A stretch of DNA of 64,000 nucleotides. It comes from Octopus sinensis (Eukaryota). Of this stretch, positions 1-12,559 are shown in pieces. Made by a program: the position numbers and the translations under genes. A model generated the notes under the pieces. That model had not been told where the DNA came from, ran no database searches, and saw only the letters and a program-made list of their open reading frames with translations. Location: positions 11,098,001 through 11,162,000 of the forward strand of contig NC_042997.1 in NCBI RefSeq assembly GCF_006345805.1, in the 5' to 3' direction. Positions within the stretch are counted from its first letter, which is position 1, and each line of letters opens with the position of its first letter.

Positions 1-290
1 TGGTTTCATGCGAATACATCTTTACAATTGTTCAAGTGTGTAACAAGGAAGTGCTGATACTCGTCTCCATTTTGAATGAGAATACACGAAGTTACTTCAT
101 GTATTCGCTTACAAAATGGATGAGAATGCAAACACTTCCATGTGGCACACTTGAATAATTGTAAAGACGTCTTTGCCTGAAACCATTGGTTAGCGTATTC
201 GTACGTGCGTGTGTATTCTTGCATCTTTGATATATTTTTGCTATGTAAAAAGCTGCTTTAAATAATATTTTTTCCATTGTTTTCATAATT
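1..290 (-). mobile_element. Possible hAT transposase relic (KIAA1586/ZNF862-like)
   Basis: KILFKAAFYIAK...NG...ILIHFVSEYMK loosely resembles the KIFRTAYYIAK...NG...IINHI..EM pattern. Short and truncated by the window edge. Confidence 0.3.
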
Positions 291-1070
291 TTTTCTTCCT
301 GGCAATGAAAATAGCCAATAAATTTAAATCCTAACTGGATGCTTTACAGTTTGCAGTTCGATATTTTATATCAGGATCGATTTTATTTTTTTTATCTCGC
401 TGGGATCTATGAAACAAGTACTAATAAAATGTTATAAGTAGATTTATTTGTCTATATACATCCCCCTAAAAACATTGACCTTGTATCTCCTTCTCAGAAA
501 TCAATATCTTAACAAACATTTTATCTAAAATACAACTATTACTACTGTAGAGTGGATTTCAAGTTGCATTTTGTCGATGGAACATCGCGGCATAATATTA
601 AAAGAAATTCTATCGTAAAGTATAGAGTAAACATAGATTTCTGTAACAAGCCAATTTTCATACGAGTAATTACAATGTTTTAATGAGTATATTACTGGTA
701 TTGTGTATTTATCAGTTCGAAGAATCTTTTGAGGGTTGGGTAAAATGGCTGTTGCTCATCTGAGTTGAATTGCTGCCGATATCAACTCTGCTTTTGTTCT
801 TTTGAGTATCGATAAAGTACTAGTGAAGTACTGAAGTCGAGTTCTATAATACATCCTAAATATAAATGGAATTATAATTGAAGATAAGAGCATGAAAGCT
901 AAAGTGAACCCAACAGGACTTGAAATGATAACAACGAGGGATAGAATTAAATATAAGTTTCTTTTGACAAGAATTAATATTAGTCTGGTGTTCTATTGTT
1001 TCTGTCCATTCTGTTGCCTTATATAAATTTTAATTTAACATTAAATAGCTTGTCGGATTTTAGTTAAGAG

Positions 1071-1309
1071 CAGTGGTTCTTCTCAACCATTTTTACCTAT
1101 GGACAGACCCTTTGATTCCTGTTTTACTCGGATAGACCCCTATAAGTCCTATTATATTTTTATAATTAAATATCATTAGGAATTGTATAAAAAAAATAGT
1201 TAAAATATTTTGTGTATCGTAGAAGTGTAACCGATTTATAGCACATAAAATTCTCACAAAATCTTATATGGGCCCGTAAAGGTCGTGTGGGTCCCCTTGA
1301 GAACCACTG
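1071..1309. mobile_element. Non-autonomous hAT/Buster MITE
   Basis: Ends CAGTGGTTCT(TCT)CAA and TTGAGAACCACTG. Flanks GTTAAGAG/GTTTAGGG give a 6/8 match to an 8-bp TSD. Confidence 0.8.
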
Positions 1310-2037
1310 GTTTAGGGCAACAAACCCAGAGATTATAAACAAAGAGATGACTTCGTAGTTTGTATGATTGTTCAATTATTTCAAGTCATAGGGGAGAGAG
1401 AACAGCTACACATCAATTTAGAGAAAAGAAATGAAATTTTGACAGCATTATTAAATATGAATGATTAACAAACAAATGAATAAATTGCTAATTACATTCG
1501 CTCTCTGGGGAATATGTTTTAACAGATATATTGGAAAATATGATCATTCATTACATAGCAGAGTAAAACTATAGGCTGAATTTTAGAAAATACATTCTAA
1601 AATAAGTTCGATATTAGTGAAAAGATAAAAGATTCGGGAATGGGGAAAATGAATCGAAAGAAGAGAGAAATGAAGAGAAGATAGGAAAAGAAGGTGGTGG
1701 TGGGGGTCAAGTATAACAATACTGAGAGGGAAAGAGAGACAGACAGAGAAATAGAAACAAAGACAGAGAGAGTGAGAGAGACATGCGAATATGCAGACAG
1801 AGAGAGAAAGTGACATACAGAGAGCGAGAGAGAGAAGAGGAGGAACTGCAAGGAAAAGGAGCATTGAGCACCCATTGGTTAATTTCTGGCTGACGTAATA
1901 GACAATGCGGTTTTAGCAGACGATGAACGAAGGTTAAGATCAGTAAAATAACTGAACATTTGGCAACAGCGTTTAAGTAATCTTTCCAACACCTTGCTTC
2001 CTACATTTTATATAATTCAACACTTAATGTTTGTTAT

Positions 2038-2052
2038 GTAGTAGTAGTAGTG

Positions 2053-2110
<58 letters not shown>

Positions 2111-2155
2111 CAGCAGCAGTAGTAGCAGTAGTAGTAGTAGCAGCAGCAGTAGTAA
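2038..2155 (+). repeat. (TAG)n/(CAG)n microsatellite
   Basis: Direct reading. Confidence 0.95.
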
Positions 2156-2804
2156 TGGTGGTGGTATTTGTCGTTTTTTTTTTTTTTTGTGTGTGATTCT
2201 CCATTTGCATTCTTCCTTCTCCCTTTTGTTTTGTCTTCTGTTTCTTTTATCACTTGAAGTGAGGGCGGGTTTACAATGAACAAGGTGCCAAAATTTCACT
2301 CTGTGGTCATTATAATCAGTGACAGCAATGATGTAGAGGGCAAAAGAAGACGTGCAATATCAGCTACATTGAAATAACCCGATTTAGATGTTTTTAGTAA
2401 AAATTTTTACAAAAGGCCTGATGTCGATAAAGAAAAAAAAAATCACTAATAATAAATATTAATATCATATAAATTACCCTAATATCTCTCCTAACCATAT
2501 AAAAAGAAGTCTTAGATATAAGAGGGTAAAATCTATTATGAATGCGCACATACACGTGCATACATGCATAAACATGAACATAAAGACATACATACATACA
2601 CGCATACAAATACACACACGCACAGACAAAACAAGTGCACGTTTATTCAAAAGCACACCTATATATTTGCACACGTCAACCATTTCTGCTAACCACAAAC
2701 CCGAAGAGCTGTCTTGACTCAAACTAAAGAGCCTTGCCACTCCATTTAATAACTAGTTTAAATACTGCAAAAAAAAATTATGTGTGTGTGTATGTATGTA
2801 TATT

Positions 2805-2821
2805 ATATATATCTATATCTA

Positions 2822-2874
<53 letters not shown>

Positions 2875-2881
2875 CTTTCTC

Positions 2882-2937
<56 letters not shown>

Positions 2938-2972
2938 ATATATATATATATAATATATATATATATATTATA
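2805..2972 (+). repeat. Compound (TATC)n-(TC)n-(TA)n microsatellite
   Basis: Direct reading. Confidence 0.95.
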
Positions 2973-3218
2973 TTTGAGTAGAAAAATGAAATATCTTTTT
3001 ATGGATAATTCGTTTAACCGATACCTGGGTAGCAAATTCACATCAGAAATAACACGGTTGAAGTTACGTGCCTAGGGCAGAGACTACGTGTTTTCGTGTG
3101 GAAATTTGTGTGTATTTTTATAAAATTTATGAATAAAATAATGACATATGTCGAAAATAAAGGAAATTTGTTAATTGTCGTTCAACTCCATTTATTCATA
3201 AATTTTATAAATAAATAA

Positions 3219-3224
<6 letters not shown>

Positions 3225-3298
<74 letters not shown>

Positions 3299-3653
3299 CT
3301 GAAGTCTGTGTGTGGCAGGTTTGGTAGCCTTCTACTAACACTATCACCACTGAGACCCTGTGCGCAAGTTGACCAAAATTGAGAGTTTGATAGAAGGCTT
3401 GCTCTTCATTCCGTAGAAGATAAAATTCAAATCGGACCATGTTGAAATCAAAAAGGTGCTTTTTTTTTTCTATGAAAATCACTATTTTTTACGATTTTTT
3501 GACTGCTGTGTCGCCATTTTTCGGTGTATTTCAACCAGAAAAATGGTCACTCAAAGAGAATAACAAACTACATAATGCAAAATTTTTACTTTTCAAAAAT
3601 TCCAATTTTAAAGGGTCGAAACAAACCCGAGCAACGCCGTGCGATACTGCTAG
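3225..3653 (+). mobile_element. Non-autonomous Helitron (internally deleted relative of 33230..34864); 5' end merged with (TA)n
   Basis: 3' end CCCGAGCAACGCCGTGCGATACTGCTAG|T. About 320 bp are homologous to 34560..34864. The 5' segment TATATAAAGCTGAAG..TGTGTG resembles the start of 61808. Confidence 0.75.
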
Positions 3654-3738
3654 TATATATATATATATATTGTTGTATTTCGGGATGGTCTTTCTTTTTT
3701 TTTTTTTTTGCCAAACAAATACACGCACTATATATTCG

Positions 3739-3811
3739 TTCTTCCTCGTATGTGCTCCTGTTCCGCTGAGTCCAATGGATTAAGCGGAGCAGGAGCACAC
3801 ACGAGGACGGA
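3739..3811. ncRNA. Pre-miRNA-like hairpin (candidate)
   Basis: Arms 3743..3767 and 3783..3807 pair at 24 of 25 positions (one A.C mismatch, one G.U). The inner segment AGUCC-AAU-GGAUU and 3 outer pairs extend the stem to about 32 bp. Confidence 0.4.
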
Positions 3812-4031
3812 AAGTGTCGCTGAAGAGGTCGCAGATGTGTGACAAAAGATTTCCGGACAATGGACATGAAGTAAAATAAGAACAGTAATAAAAGGGCGAA
3901 GGACGAATATATAGTGCGTGTGTTTATTTGGTAAAAAAAATAATAAATAAATGACCATCCTGAAATACGACAATATATGTTTCAACACACGGTTTCACAT
4001 CAGGAATCTTGCAACGCAAATTCATAAACGC

Positions 4032-4076
<45 letters not shown>

Positions 4077-4870
4077 AGGGGAGAGAGATAAACTCTCTCG
4101 CACACACACACAGACACACGTATATTATTAGTGGAGCCAAGCTAGGGCCAGTCTGGGTTCCCTGGTAGCTTTCCCTGAGTCCTCAGAAGTTTATTTTGAA
4201 TGTGACCCATTCATTTTGTCAGCGTCCATGATTTCGCTTTCTTGATTCTATTTGCGTAACAAACGTCACTCAACTGTCGATGCAGTCCGTTTGTTTTGCA
4301 TCAGCTTATACAATAATAGTTAGGGGATAATAGGGACCGTAAATATCTTCCTTTAGTTTTTCACATTGTTTCCTGTCTCTTTTACTTTGGGTTTTTCTTT
4401 ATTTCTGTATTCCATCGTTTCCCTTGTATATACCAAGCAGAATCAGTTGAACACGCTATCTCAATTTTACTGCGCTCCGTTGTTTAATCCTGATTACCAC
4501 AATTGGCAATACACTACTTTTACTGATATATTTGGGAAAATACTCTGCTAGCCTTCTCTAGCTCATTCTTGTCCCATTTATTTGGCATTTTTGATATTTA
4601 CGAGGATGCATTTTGCTGCCTGGTATAGAATATTCTATCGTGGTTATTAATCTGTAGCGAAACCATGTCTTGTCTCGATCGCCTTGTTAAAATTAAATTT
4701 TCCTAGTTCATCTGTGTTTGTTGTAAGCAAAACAACGCAATATCAAGGATAATGAGCGCCGAATCCTGATAGACATAAAAGACGTCCCGAGGAGGTGGAA
4801 GGAATAAGGAGAGAATATCTATACCCAAGTCGTTATTGATGCAAATGGTGATAGTAAAGGCAACAGTAAC

Positions 4871-6190
4871 ATGTCACACTTCATGCCTAAAATTCTTGAC
4901 GCTGAAGTGAAAGAAGGAATCCAGCGCCTTCCAAACGTTCTTCCTGCGAAGTTACTGAAAAGAAATAGTAAAATAATGACGAAGGTCCTCACCAAGCAAT
5001 GTAACAAGATCTGCGTGATGGGCAAATGGCCAACGGACTGGATGCAAGTTGTCTTCATTAAATTGCCCAAGCATTCAGGCACTGTTGAATGCTCGGAGCA
5101 TTATACCACAGCCTTCATCAAACACACCCACAAGATCTTCTTGAGAAATCTACAGAAGAGTGGGGAACGGGCTACGAAAGAACAACTCGTGAAAGTGGAG
5201 ATGGGGTTTCATAAAAGAGTGGACCTGAGAAGCAATATTTTTAATATCAAGACTACCATGGAGAAAGTCAAGGAATATAATGTTCTACTGTATATATCAT
5301 TCACTGATTATAAAGACATTTGGCTCAGTCTGGATTTTTTCACATTGTAGAAGGTGTTATAGACGATGAGAATCGATGGTTCAGCAGTCAACTTTCTGAG
5401 GAGACCGTATGTGGTCAGCAGTTGGCTGAGTGGGACACTGGTTTAGCATCAGAAAAGGAGTTTGGCAAAGAAATCTTGGATCAATGAACTACTTCGGTTG
5501 GATCGATCTATGCACCAGCGGCTGGCAACTAAAATAACTCCAGTTATACTGATGACTACTTCACCGGATGAGCTTCAGAGACAGATTAACAAATTTAATT
5601 GAAACTCCAGTGAGCTTCACCTAGAGATCAGTACCAAAAAGAACATGACAGCCACTAGATAACCGGAACAGCTACCGTACAATACCAAGAGATGAAGCTA
5701 GCCCAGGTTAACAAGTTCAAGTACCTGGGCTCCATTGTGTAGACTGCAGTTGGGAAATCAGAGCAAGACTTTGTGCAGAAAGATCAACCCTGATGTCATT
5801 CAGTACAATATGGAGAGACTGTACCCTCAGCAAAAACATCAAGCTATAACTTCTAAAAACCCTAATTTGGCCGGTAGCATTAGAATGTGAATCATGAATG
5901 TGTCCACCGTAATAGTGGTGGACACCAAATAACTGAGGTTGATGCAGATCAGTTTGACAGAGATGAGAGTAGAATGGGACTTGCTGATGACAATCTAACA
6001 GCTAAAGCTGCAATATTTTGACCACGTCATCAGGGCGTAGAACATCTATGCTCACTTTCTTGGAAACTGAGTGGACGGTAAACGGGCCAGCAAACGACAA
6101 AGACAAAGGAGTGATGACTTCAAGGACCGGACTGAGCGGACCCATGCAGAATGTACAGTTGCTGCACAAGACATCAATGTGTAGAGAAGA
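4871..6190 (+). mobile_element. Decayed RTE (BovB-like) LINE reverse transcriptase
   Basis: KWPTDWMQVVFIKLPKHSGTVECSEHYTTAFIKH, GFHK, NIFNIKTTMEKVKEYN...YISFTDY, VNKFKYLGS and LKLQYFDHVIR align by eye to RTE/BovB ORF2 motifs. Multiple stops and frameshifts. Confidence 0.8.
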
Positions 6191-6436
6191 GTGACAGTTG
6201 TCTGAGGCCCCTGACCCTCACCCATGAGGATGGGCATACCCATCATGTATGCAATTAAGTTTGCTTCACTTTATCTTTCTAAACTACAACGTCCCCTATT
6301 TTTTTACATTATACTTTAATGTACTTACAACCACACATATTTATATTTCTCTCTCTCTCTCTCTCAATATTCATTTTCTACGAGATTCAATTTGCCCCGA
6401 ACTAGTATAAATAGTGTATATGTGCTTATAAATACC

Positions 6437-6639
6437 CACAAGGGGGTAAACACAGAGAGGACAGACAAATGGATTAAGTCGATTATATCGATCCCAGTGC
6501 GTAACTGGTACTTATTCAATCGACCCCGAAAGGATGAAAGGCAAAGTCGACCTCGGCGGAATTTGAACTCAGAACGTAACGGCAGACGAAATACCACTTA
6601 GCATTTCGCCTGGCATGCTAACGATTCTGCCAACACGCC
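6437..6639 (-). mobile_element. tRNA-derived SINE family A (core GTCGACTTTGCCTTTCATCCTTTCGGGGTCGAT), with 13-bp TSD
   Basis: TSD GCTTATAAATACC at 6424..6436 and 6640..6652. Further copies at about 7290..7478(-), 15160..15490(-), 16605..16757(-), 26175..26355(-), 38770..38960(+), 54045..54235(+), 55030..55250(-). Confidence 0.9.
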
Positions 6640-8061
6640 GCTTATAAATACCGTCTGCTTAACTGAAGATCATGACGTGTGTGTAAAGCTTCAGGCCTAA
6701 TACCGGGAGCAATTTTCATAAATACTTAATTCAGTATCTACGAATATTGATTGTGTTTTTATCCAATATATTTAAAAGTACAACTTCACACATATTTGCA
6801 AAGATCTGTTGGTGCAATAGTTAGCAGTCTACGATAATCTATATATCGAAAAAAAAATGAAATATTGTATGCGTTACAAGATACAAAACTAGGGTATTAG
6901 TATCTTCGCCAACAACTTTAAAATGTTAGTCCCTAAGAATACAGATTTGAGAGAGGGAGAGAGAGAGAGAGAATCAATTACGAAGAATCTGTGATCTGGT
7001 ATAAATGTAACAATTACCATTTCACTCGTTTCTGAAATCAATGTGGGGGAAGAGATCAACAATAGGATTGATATAAAAGGTCAGATGATAGTTTTGATCA
7101 CACTAATGAGAGGGATAAATATGTAAATATGTATTTTTGTTTTAGTTATATAATTATTCACCCGTTACAATTATTTTCCTATTTGCAAAATAGAGCTCTG
7201 AATCCTGTATATAGATTTCTATCAACAATATGACATTAACTCATCCTAAATGAACTTTATTACGTATTAGTTTCAACTATTTGTACAAGGCCAGCAATTT
7301 TGGGAGACTTACAAGTCAATTATATCAACCCCGGTGCTCAACTGCTACTTATTTTACCGACCCCGAAAGGATGAAAGGTAAAGTCGACTTCGACGGAATT
7401 TAAACTCAGAACGTAAAGACAAATAAAATGCCGCGAAGCATTTTACGTGTGTACTGACGATTCTGCCTGCTTTCCACCTTAAATTTATTCCACATTAATA
7501 CTGTGTTAATACTGATCAATTACACCGTTAACTTGAACCAACAAGAGAGCCTCTATATGGTCGCGCGATCTTCTAGAGATACTAACCAAATCTCCCTTGA
7601 CTCCCTGCATACTGTCTAAAAAAACATACACTGGACATTGTAGACCCTAATAAATAAAAAGACAGGATGGTCACGACTGAAAAATTATAAGTCTACTTGA
7701 TTAGAGTTAACTTAGGACTCAAGAACAAGGATAACAACTTTCTGTATTCAATAGTTTTGTGATACTGTAATATTTGTAATGGTACTATTAACTAGTGTGC
7801 ATGCTTATAGGTTTCTGTACTTACAACCGGAACCGCATGATATAAGTGGTGTGACCTCTCATTAGGAGAGGGGTGTAAGGATTGAAAAGAAGTGTGTGAA
7901 AATCGCCATATTTAACAAATTAAAATGGTTTAAAACTTGTCCAACACCATGGGGAACAATTATATGGTTGTTAAACCCTAGTTTATCTTGTCATTAACAA
8001 AGTGTGAAGGGATACTGGTATTTGTTTGAGAACCCTTGTTCTTGGTGACCATGGTATAAAG

Positions 8062-8295
8062 CAATGTGGCGAGCTGGCAGAAACGTTAACACACCGGGCG
8101 AAATGCGTAGCCGTATTTCGTCTGTCGTTATGTTCTGAGTTCAAATTCCGCCGAGGTCGACTTTGCCTTTCATCCTTTCAGGGTCGATTAAATAAGTACC
8201 AGTTACGCACTGGGGTCGATATAATCGACTTAATCCGTTTGTCTGTCCTTGTTTGTCCCCTGTGTGTTTAGCCCCTTGTGGGTAGTAAAGAAATA
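8062..8295 (+). mobile_element. SINE family A, full-length copy
   Basis: GGCGAGCTGGCAGAAACG head, B-box-like GAGTTCAAATTCC, and flanking GGTATAAAG direct repeat. Confidence 0.88.
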
Positions 8296-8854
8296 GGTAT
8301 AAAGAATGCATATTCTTCAGTATTGAGAATATACATTAATCACGTTGATAAATTCTGAAACTGGACTGTATAATTAAACTAGGAAAACAGTCACCAACTC
8401 TAGTCTTCATTGCTATATTTTTACGTCTACAACTAGAGAAGGGACTAGCTTTGATTATCTATTCAATGAATCCAGTATATACAAATTATGAGAGAAGTAC
8501 GGAATGTGCATAGCTGCAAGACCTTTGATCATAGGTCTGCTCACTTAAGACTGACCTGTGGCTAAACAACAACTGGTTTAACTCCCATCCTCTTCTTAAG
8601 AAATTGATTATAAAATAATTCACGTCATTAAATTTTCCTTCTCTATCATATCCTGCTCTTGTTTAACCAAAGGTCAGCCTTAATTGAGCAAACTGATGAT
8701 TACACAATGGGACTCACTAGCGTAGACAGTCAAGTCGGGTTCTTTGGCTAATTTTACGTAAAATATTACAGTACTATTTAACATCATATAACTGACTTTT
8801 CTTCATTCAATCTTTTCTATAGACATAACCTATCCAAGGCTACATTATCTAATA

Positions 8855-10553
8855 CATTAGTTCTCAAACTTTTAAAAACATTTTACGTGCCGTCCCTTTA
8901 CAGGGTTTTTTTTTTCGAAGATTCGCGGTCCTCTATAAAATGCAAGATAATTAACAGAAAGTACAAATGGGTTCCTGATAAAGCGCAAGTATTTATCAAA
9001 GTCATGAAGATCAGGAAAATAAAGAGAATATTCCTCTGCCAAGTATTGACACGGGTTCTTTCATGAGTTCAACAATATCATCATCGACTTGAATTTCGTT
9101 TTCATCAATAAACATGTTTAGCTGAGGAAATGATGCAAAGTTCTTTCTATTCAATTTTGGGTGCCTAAGTTCAAGCTTCATTTTGAAAGAAGTTAGTTTT
9201 TCATGAGAATAAAACATGGTTTTATATCTTGCTCTTGCAGTGAAAGATTGACGGCATTCACTGACTCGAATATGACCACTAAAAATGTCAAGCAAATCAG
9301 GAAACGAACATCGGCGAATTGGGCGAATAAATCTGCCTTAACATTTATAAACAATCGTGGACTTCTTTTCACAGAAGGAAGACCCTCTTTATTGTTTTTC
9401 CTCTCGAAAGCCATCTCACTTGTGAGTGCAACAGAAGCGTTTCGGACTCAAAATCACTTTCTTTGCACAACTCGGCAAACAGACGGGAGTTGAGTGCATT
9501 CGCTTTGATGAAGTTCACCGTTGTAATCATGTAATTCAGAACATTTTTTAACTCATCAGGCACGGCCTTCACCATTAGTGCTTGTCAATAAATTGTACAG
9601 TGTGCACCAAGAGCACCTGTGGATTTTTCTTTCATCAAAGTTTGAAAACCGGAACGGCAACCAAGCATTGCCGGAGCGCCGTCGATGCACACGCCAATGA
9701 CATGCTCCCAGTTGACATCATGTGCCTCAAAAAATTTGTCCACTTTTTTTTTCTGTAGTTTCAGCTCAGAGCTGCAGCCATGCTGATGCACCACCGTTAG
9801 ATATTTCCCTTGGGGTTGTTTTGGTGCTGATGTTTTTGCAGCAAAACAGGAATTCCTTTTCCAGGTGATTGTTATGTACGAACGTACATAGACGTAAAAG
9901 TTTAATTAAGTTGGAAACATCCGTCGTTTCATCAAGCTGGATCGCGAAAAAGTTCAAAAGTGAATTATGAATCTTAGAGACCAACCGCGACGGAATGAAA
10001 TCAAACAGATCAGTTTATTCGCTTGCTAACAGAATCGTTTGAGAGAGAGAGAGAGATGCTTCAGCTTTTGAAGTTCAGAACTTCCTACCACGTTCGATAT
10101 GATATCTTTGCAGCAAGGCAATATCAACTCTTCGCCGATATTGTAGAGCTTTTTGGCAACAGCTATTTATTCTGGAACCTCGTAGGATGCTTTCAAACCA
10201 TTTGTAATGTCCAGCGAAAACATTTCTATGTCATCAAGTCTGGACTTCGTCAATCTGTCGGTTTTGCGTCTGAAGAAGTCAATATTTCCATTTATTGAAT
10301 TGGGATGCTTCGTTTCGAAGCGCCTCTTTAATTTGCTAGGCTTTAGTGAAGTGGTCGCCAAAACCTCGGAGCACAAAACATGTGGTTTCCTTCTCCGCCA
10401 GACTTCATCACAGTAAAACCGAATTTCAAATAAAATTTGTCATATCTCATTTTCTTTTTTGGAGGCATTATATAAAAAAAAAAAAGATAAAATTCAGTGA
10501 ACCAATATAATATAACTACATTGTATATTTATTTCGAATTTATCTCATATTAC

Positions 10554-10626
<73 letters not shown>

Positions 10627-11217
10627 CTTAGTGTAGCTAGCTTTTGGGTGCACTAATTAACAATAAAGCTTATCTCTCATTATTAATTCTGGAAGGAATC
10701 CAAAATGCATGTAGGTGTTGTTTTGTCCGTAGATAAAGCTCCGTGAATTGATAATTGTTGAGAAGACAGTTCTGTCGGAACACGTTGCCATGAAAAACAA
10801 CCCTAACCCTAACCCTAACCCAGCCACCATGTGGGATGAGAATGGGTGTCTGGCAAGAGGGAAAGGTCATACGGGAACATGCTCCAGTGAGGATAGCTAC
10901 GACGAGAGATATGCAAATGTGTGGATTGCAATAGTGGAGTGGTGAATCATGTGAGCGTAGAATACCGACAGCACTTGCTCAATCAGCCGTTATATATCTG
11001 CATATTTTCCACCGGCCAATCACATTTGTTGTACAGCAAGTGTGATAAGCAAATGAGTGTGTAGGAGTGGCGTGGGTTTTTGAGATCAACGACAAAATAG
11101 GATGATAGCATGCGAATTATTGAGTCTTAAAATGTCTCAAACCATCCGTTTTCACGGTACTTCAGCGTCCCTTCATGGTCCCCTGGAGGACTGCGGACTC
11201 CAGTTTGAGAACCACTG
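8855..11217 (-). mobile_element. hAT (Buster/Charlie-type) DNA transposon, full-length outline, decayed transposase (about 10465..9000)
   Basis: TIRs CATTAGTTCTCAAACT (8855..8870) and CAGTGGTTCTCAAACT(G) (reverse, ending 11217). 8-bp TSD ATCTAATA/ATCTAATC with central TA. Frameshifted motifs CSEVLATTSLKPSKLKRRFETKH, FAIQLDETTDVSN, CIDGAPAMLG, HCTI, LLLHSQVRWLSRGK. Confidence 0.92.
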
Positions 11218-11431
11218 ATCTAATCTACCTCCACAAACACACACACACACACCTTTTTAATGCTGTAGGTTTATTTGCAGGAGATTTGATTAAAATGTTT
11301 AGCAAGTCGAGCGACCACATAGATACTCGTTGGCTCATCATTATGTATCATTATTTTTTTAATGTTCATCTGAAATTCATGAAAAATTACCCGCATTTAT
11401 TTAACTTTGTTTATTTTATATGCTTACCTAT

Positions 11432-11814
11432 ACTCTTTTACTTGTTTCAGTCATGTGACTGTGGCCATGCTGGAGCACCGCCTTTAGTCCAGCAAATCGA
11501 CCCCGGGACTTATTCTTTGTAAGTCTAGTACTTATTCTATCGGTCTCTTTTGCCGAACCACTAAGTTACGGGGACGTAAACACACCAGCATCGGTTCTCA
11601 AGCGATGTGGGGGGGGGACAAACACAGACACACAAACATATACACACACATATATACGATGGACTTCTTTCAGTTTCCGTCTACCAAATCCACTCACATG
11701 GCTTTGGTCGGCCCGAGGCTATAGCAGAAGATACTTGCCCAAGGTTCCACGCAGTGGGACTGAACCTGGAACCATGTGGTTCGTAAGCAAGCTACTTACC
11801 ACACAGCCACTCCT
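11432..11814 (-). mobile_element. tRNA-derived SINE family B (AGGAGTGGCTGTGTGGTAAG head, internal (TG/TA)n, tail GACTGAAACAAGTAAAAGA)
   Basis: Full-length copy. Others at about 12612..12980(+), 15790..16410(+), 19150..19740(-), 57114..57300(+), 58330..59022(+, interrupted), 59660..59720(-). Confidence 0.88.
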
Positions 11815-12511
11815 ACGTTTGTACATTTTATTTATTTATTTATTTACTCCGAAGTTGTTGTTTTTTTGTTTTTTTTACAAAAATACTTATTTTGGTAAAA
11901 TCTTACAGGGAAGAAGATGAATGTCTTATAAAATTCAATAATAATAGGAATCCCTCTCCAAGAAACATCTGCGTCGACTTTGATAATGTTCAAACTCAAA
12001 AGATTTCAATACATGCTGATAAGGAGAAATATTTTCGTTCAGTAAAGTAGATCACGCAGGAAAACCGTACACTTGTACGGTTTTCATCGAAGTTCTAATT
12101 AGTCGTCTCACAGAAAGATCAATACAATTTAATTTGTTTTTAATTAGACTCAGAACTCGTCTATATCTCTAACATTTGTAGAGAATATACTATTTGCACC
12201 AGTTGCTCGTTTAAGTCATTTCAGTATTTGTGAAACATAGAATGTATTTTCACTCTCAAGTAATAAAGGAGATTTATTTTGTTCACCTTTGTCGGTGGAC
12301 CCCTGTTGAATTGCCGTAAGTAAAATAAATGCATATAAATGTCTCTGTATAAGAAAAAAAAATGCTATCTACTGTCTCCAATCAAATACTATTCGTTGCC
12401 TACTAATTTGCTGTTTTGGTCTCCTATGAGAGCAAAATGTTAGTTCATCTTCTGGTGTATGTCATACGATAATCTACAATGCATAGAATTGCTCTTTCAC
12501 TGTATAGAACG

Positions 12512-12559
<48 letters not shown>

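Noticed and set aside
3820-3860. CTGAAGA-G-GTCGCA(GATG)TGTGAC-AAAAGAT, a hammerhead-like motif next to the hairpin
   Set aside because: Box 1 and a stem II are present, but G12 and the ACGU stem III are lost and no adjacent stem I forms. It is too degenerate to call. If a repeat consensus restored it, the neighbouring hairpin would more likely be part of a Penelope end than a miRNA.
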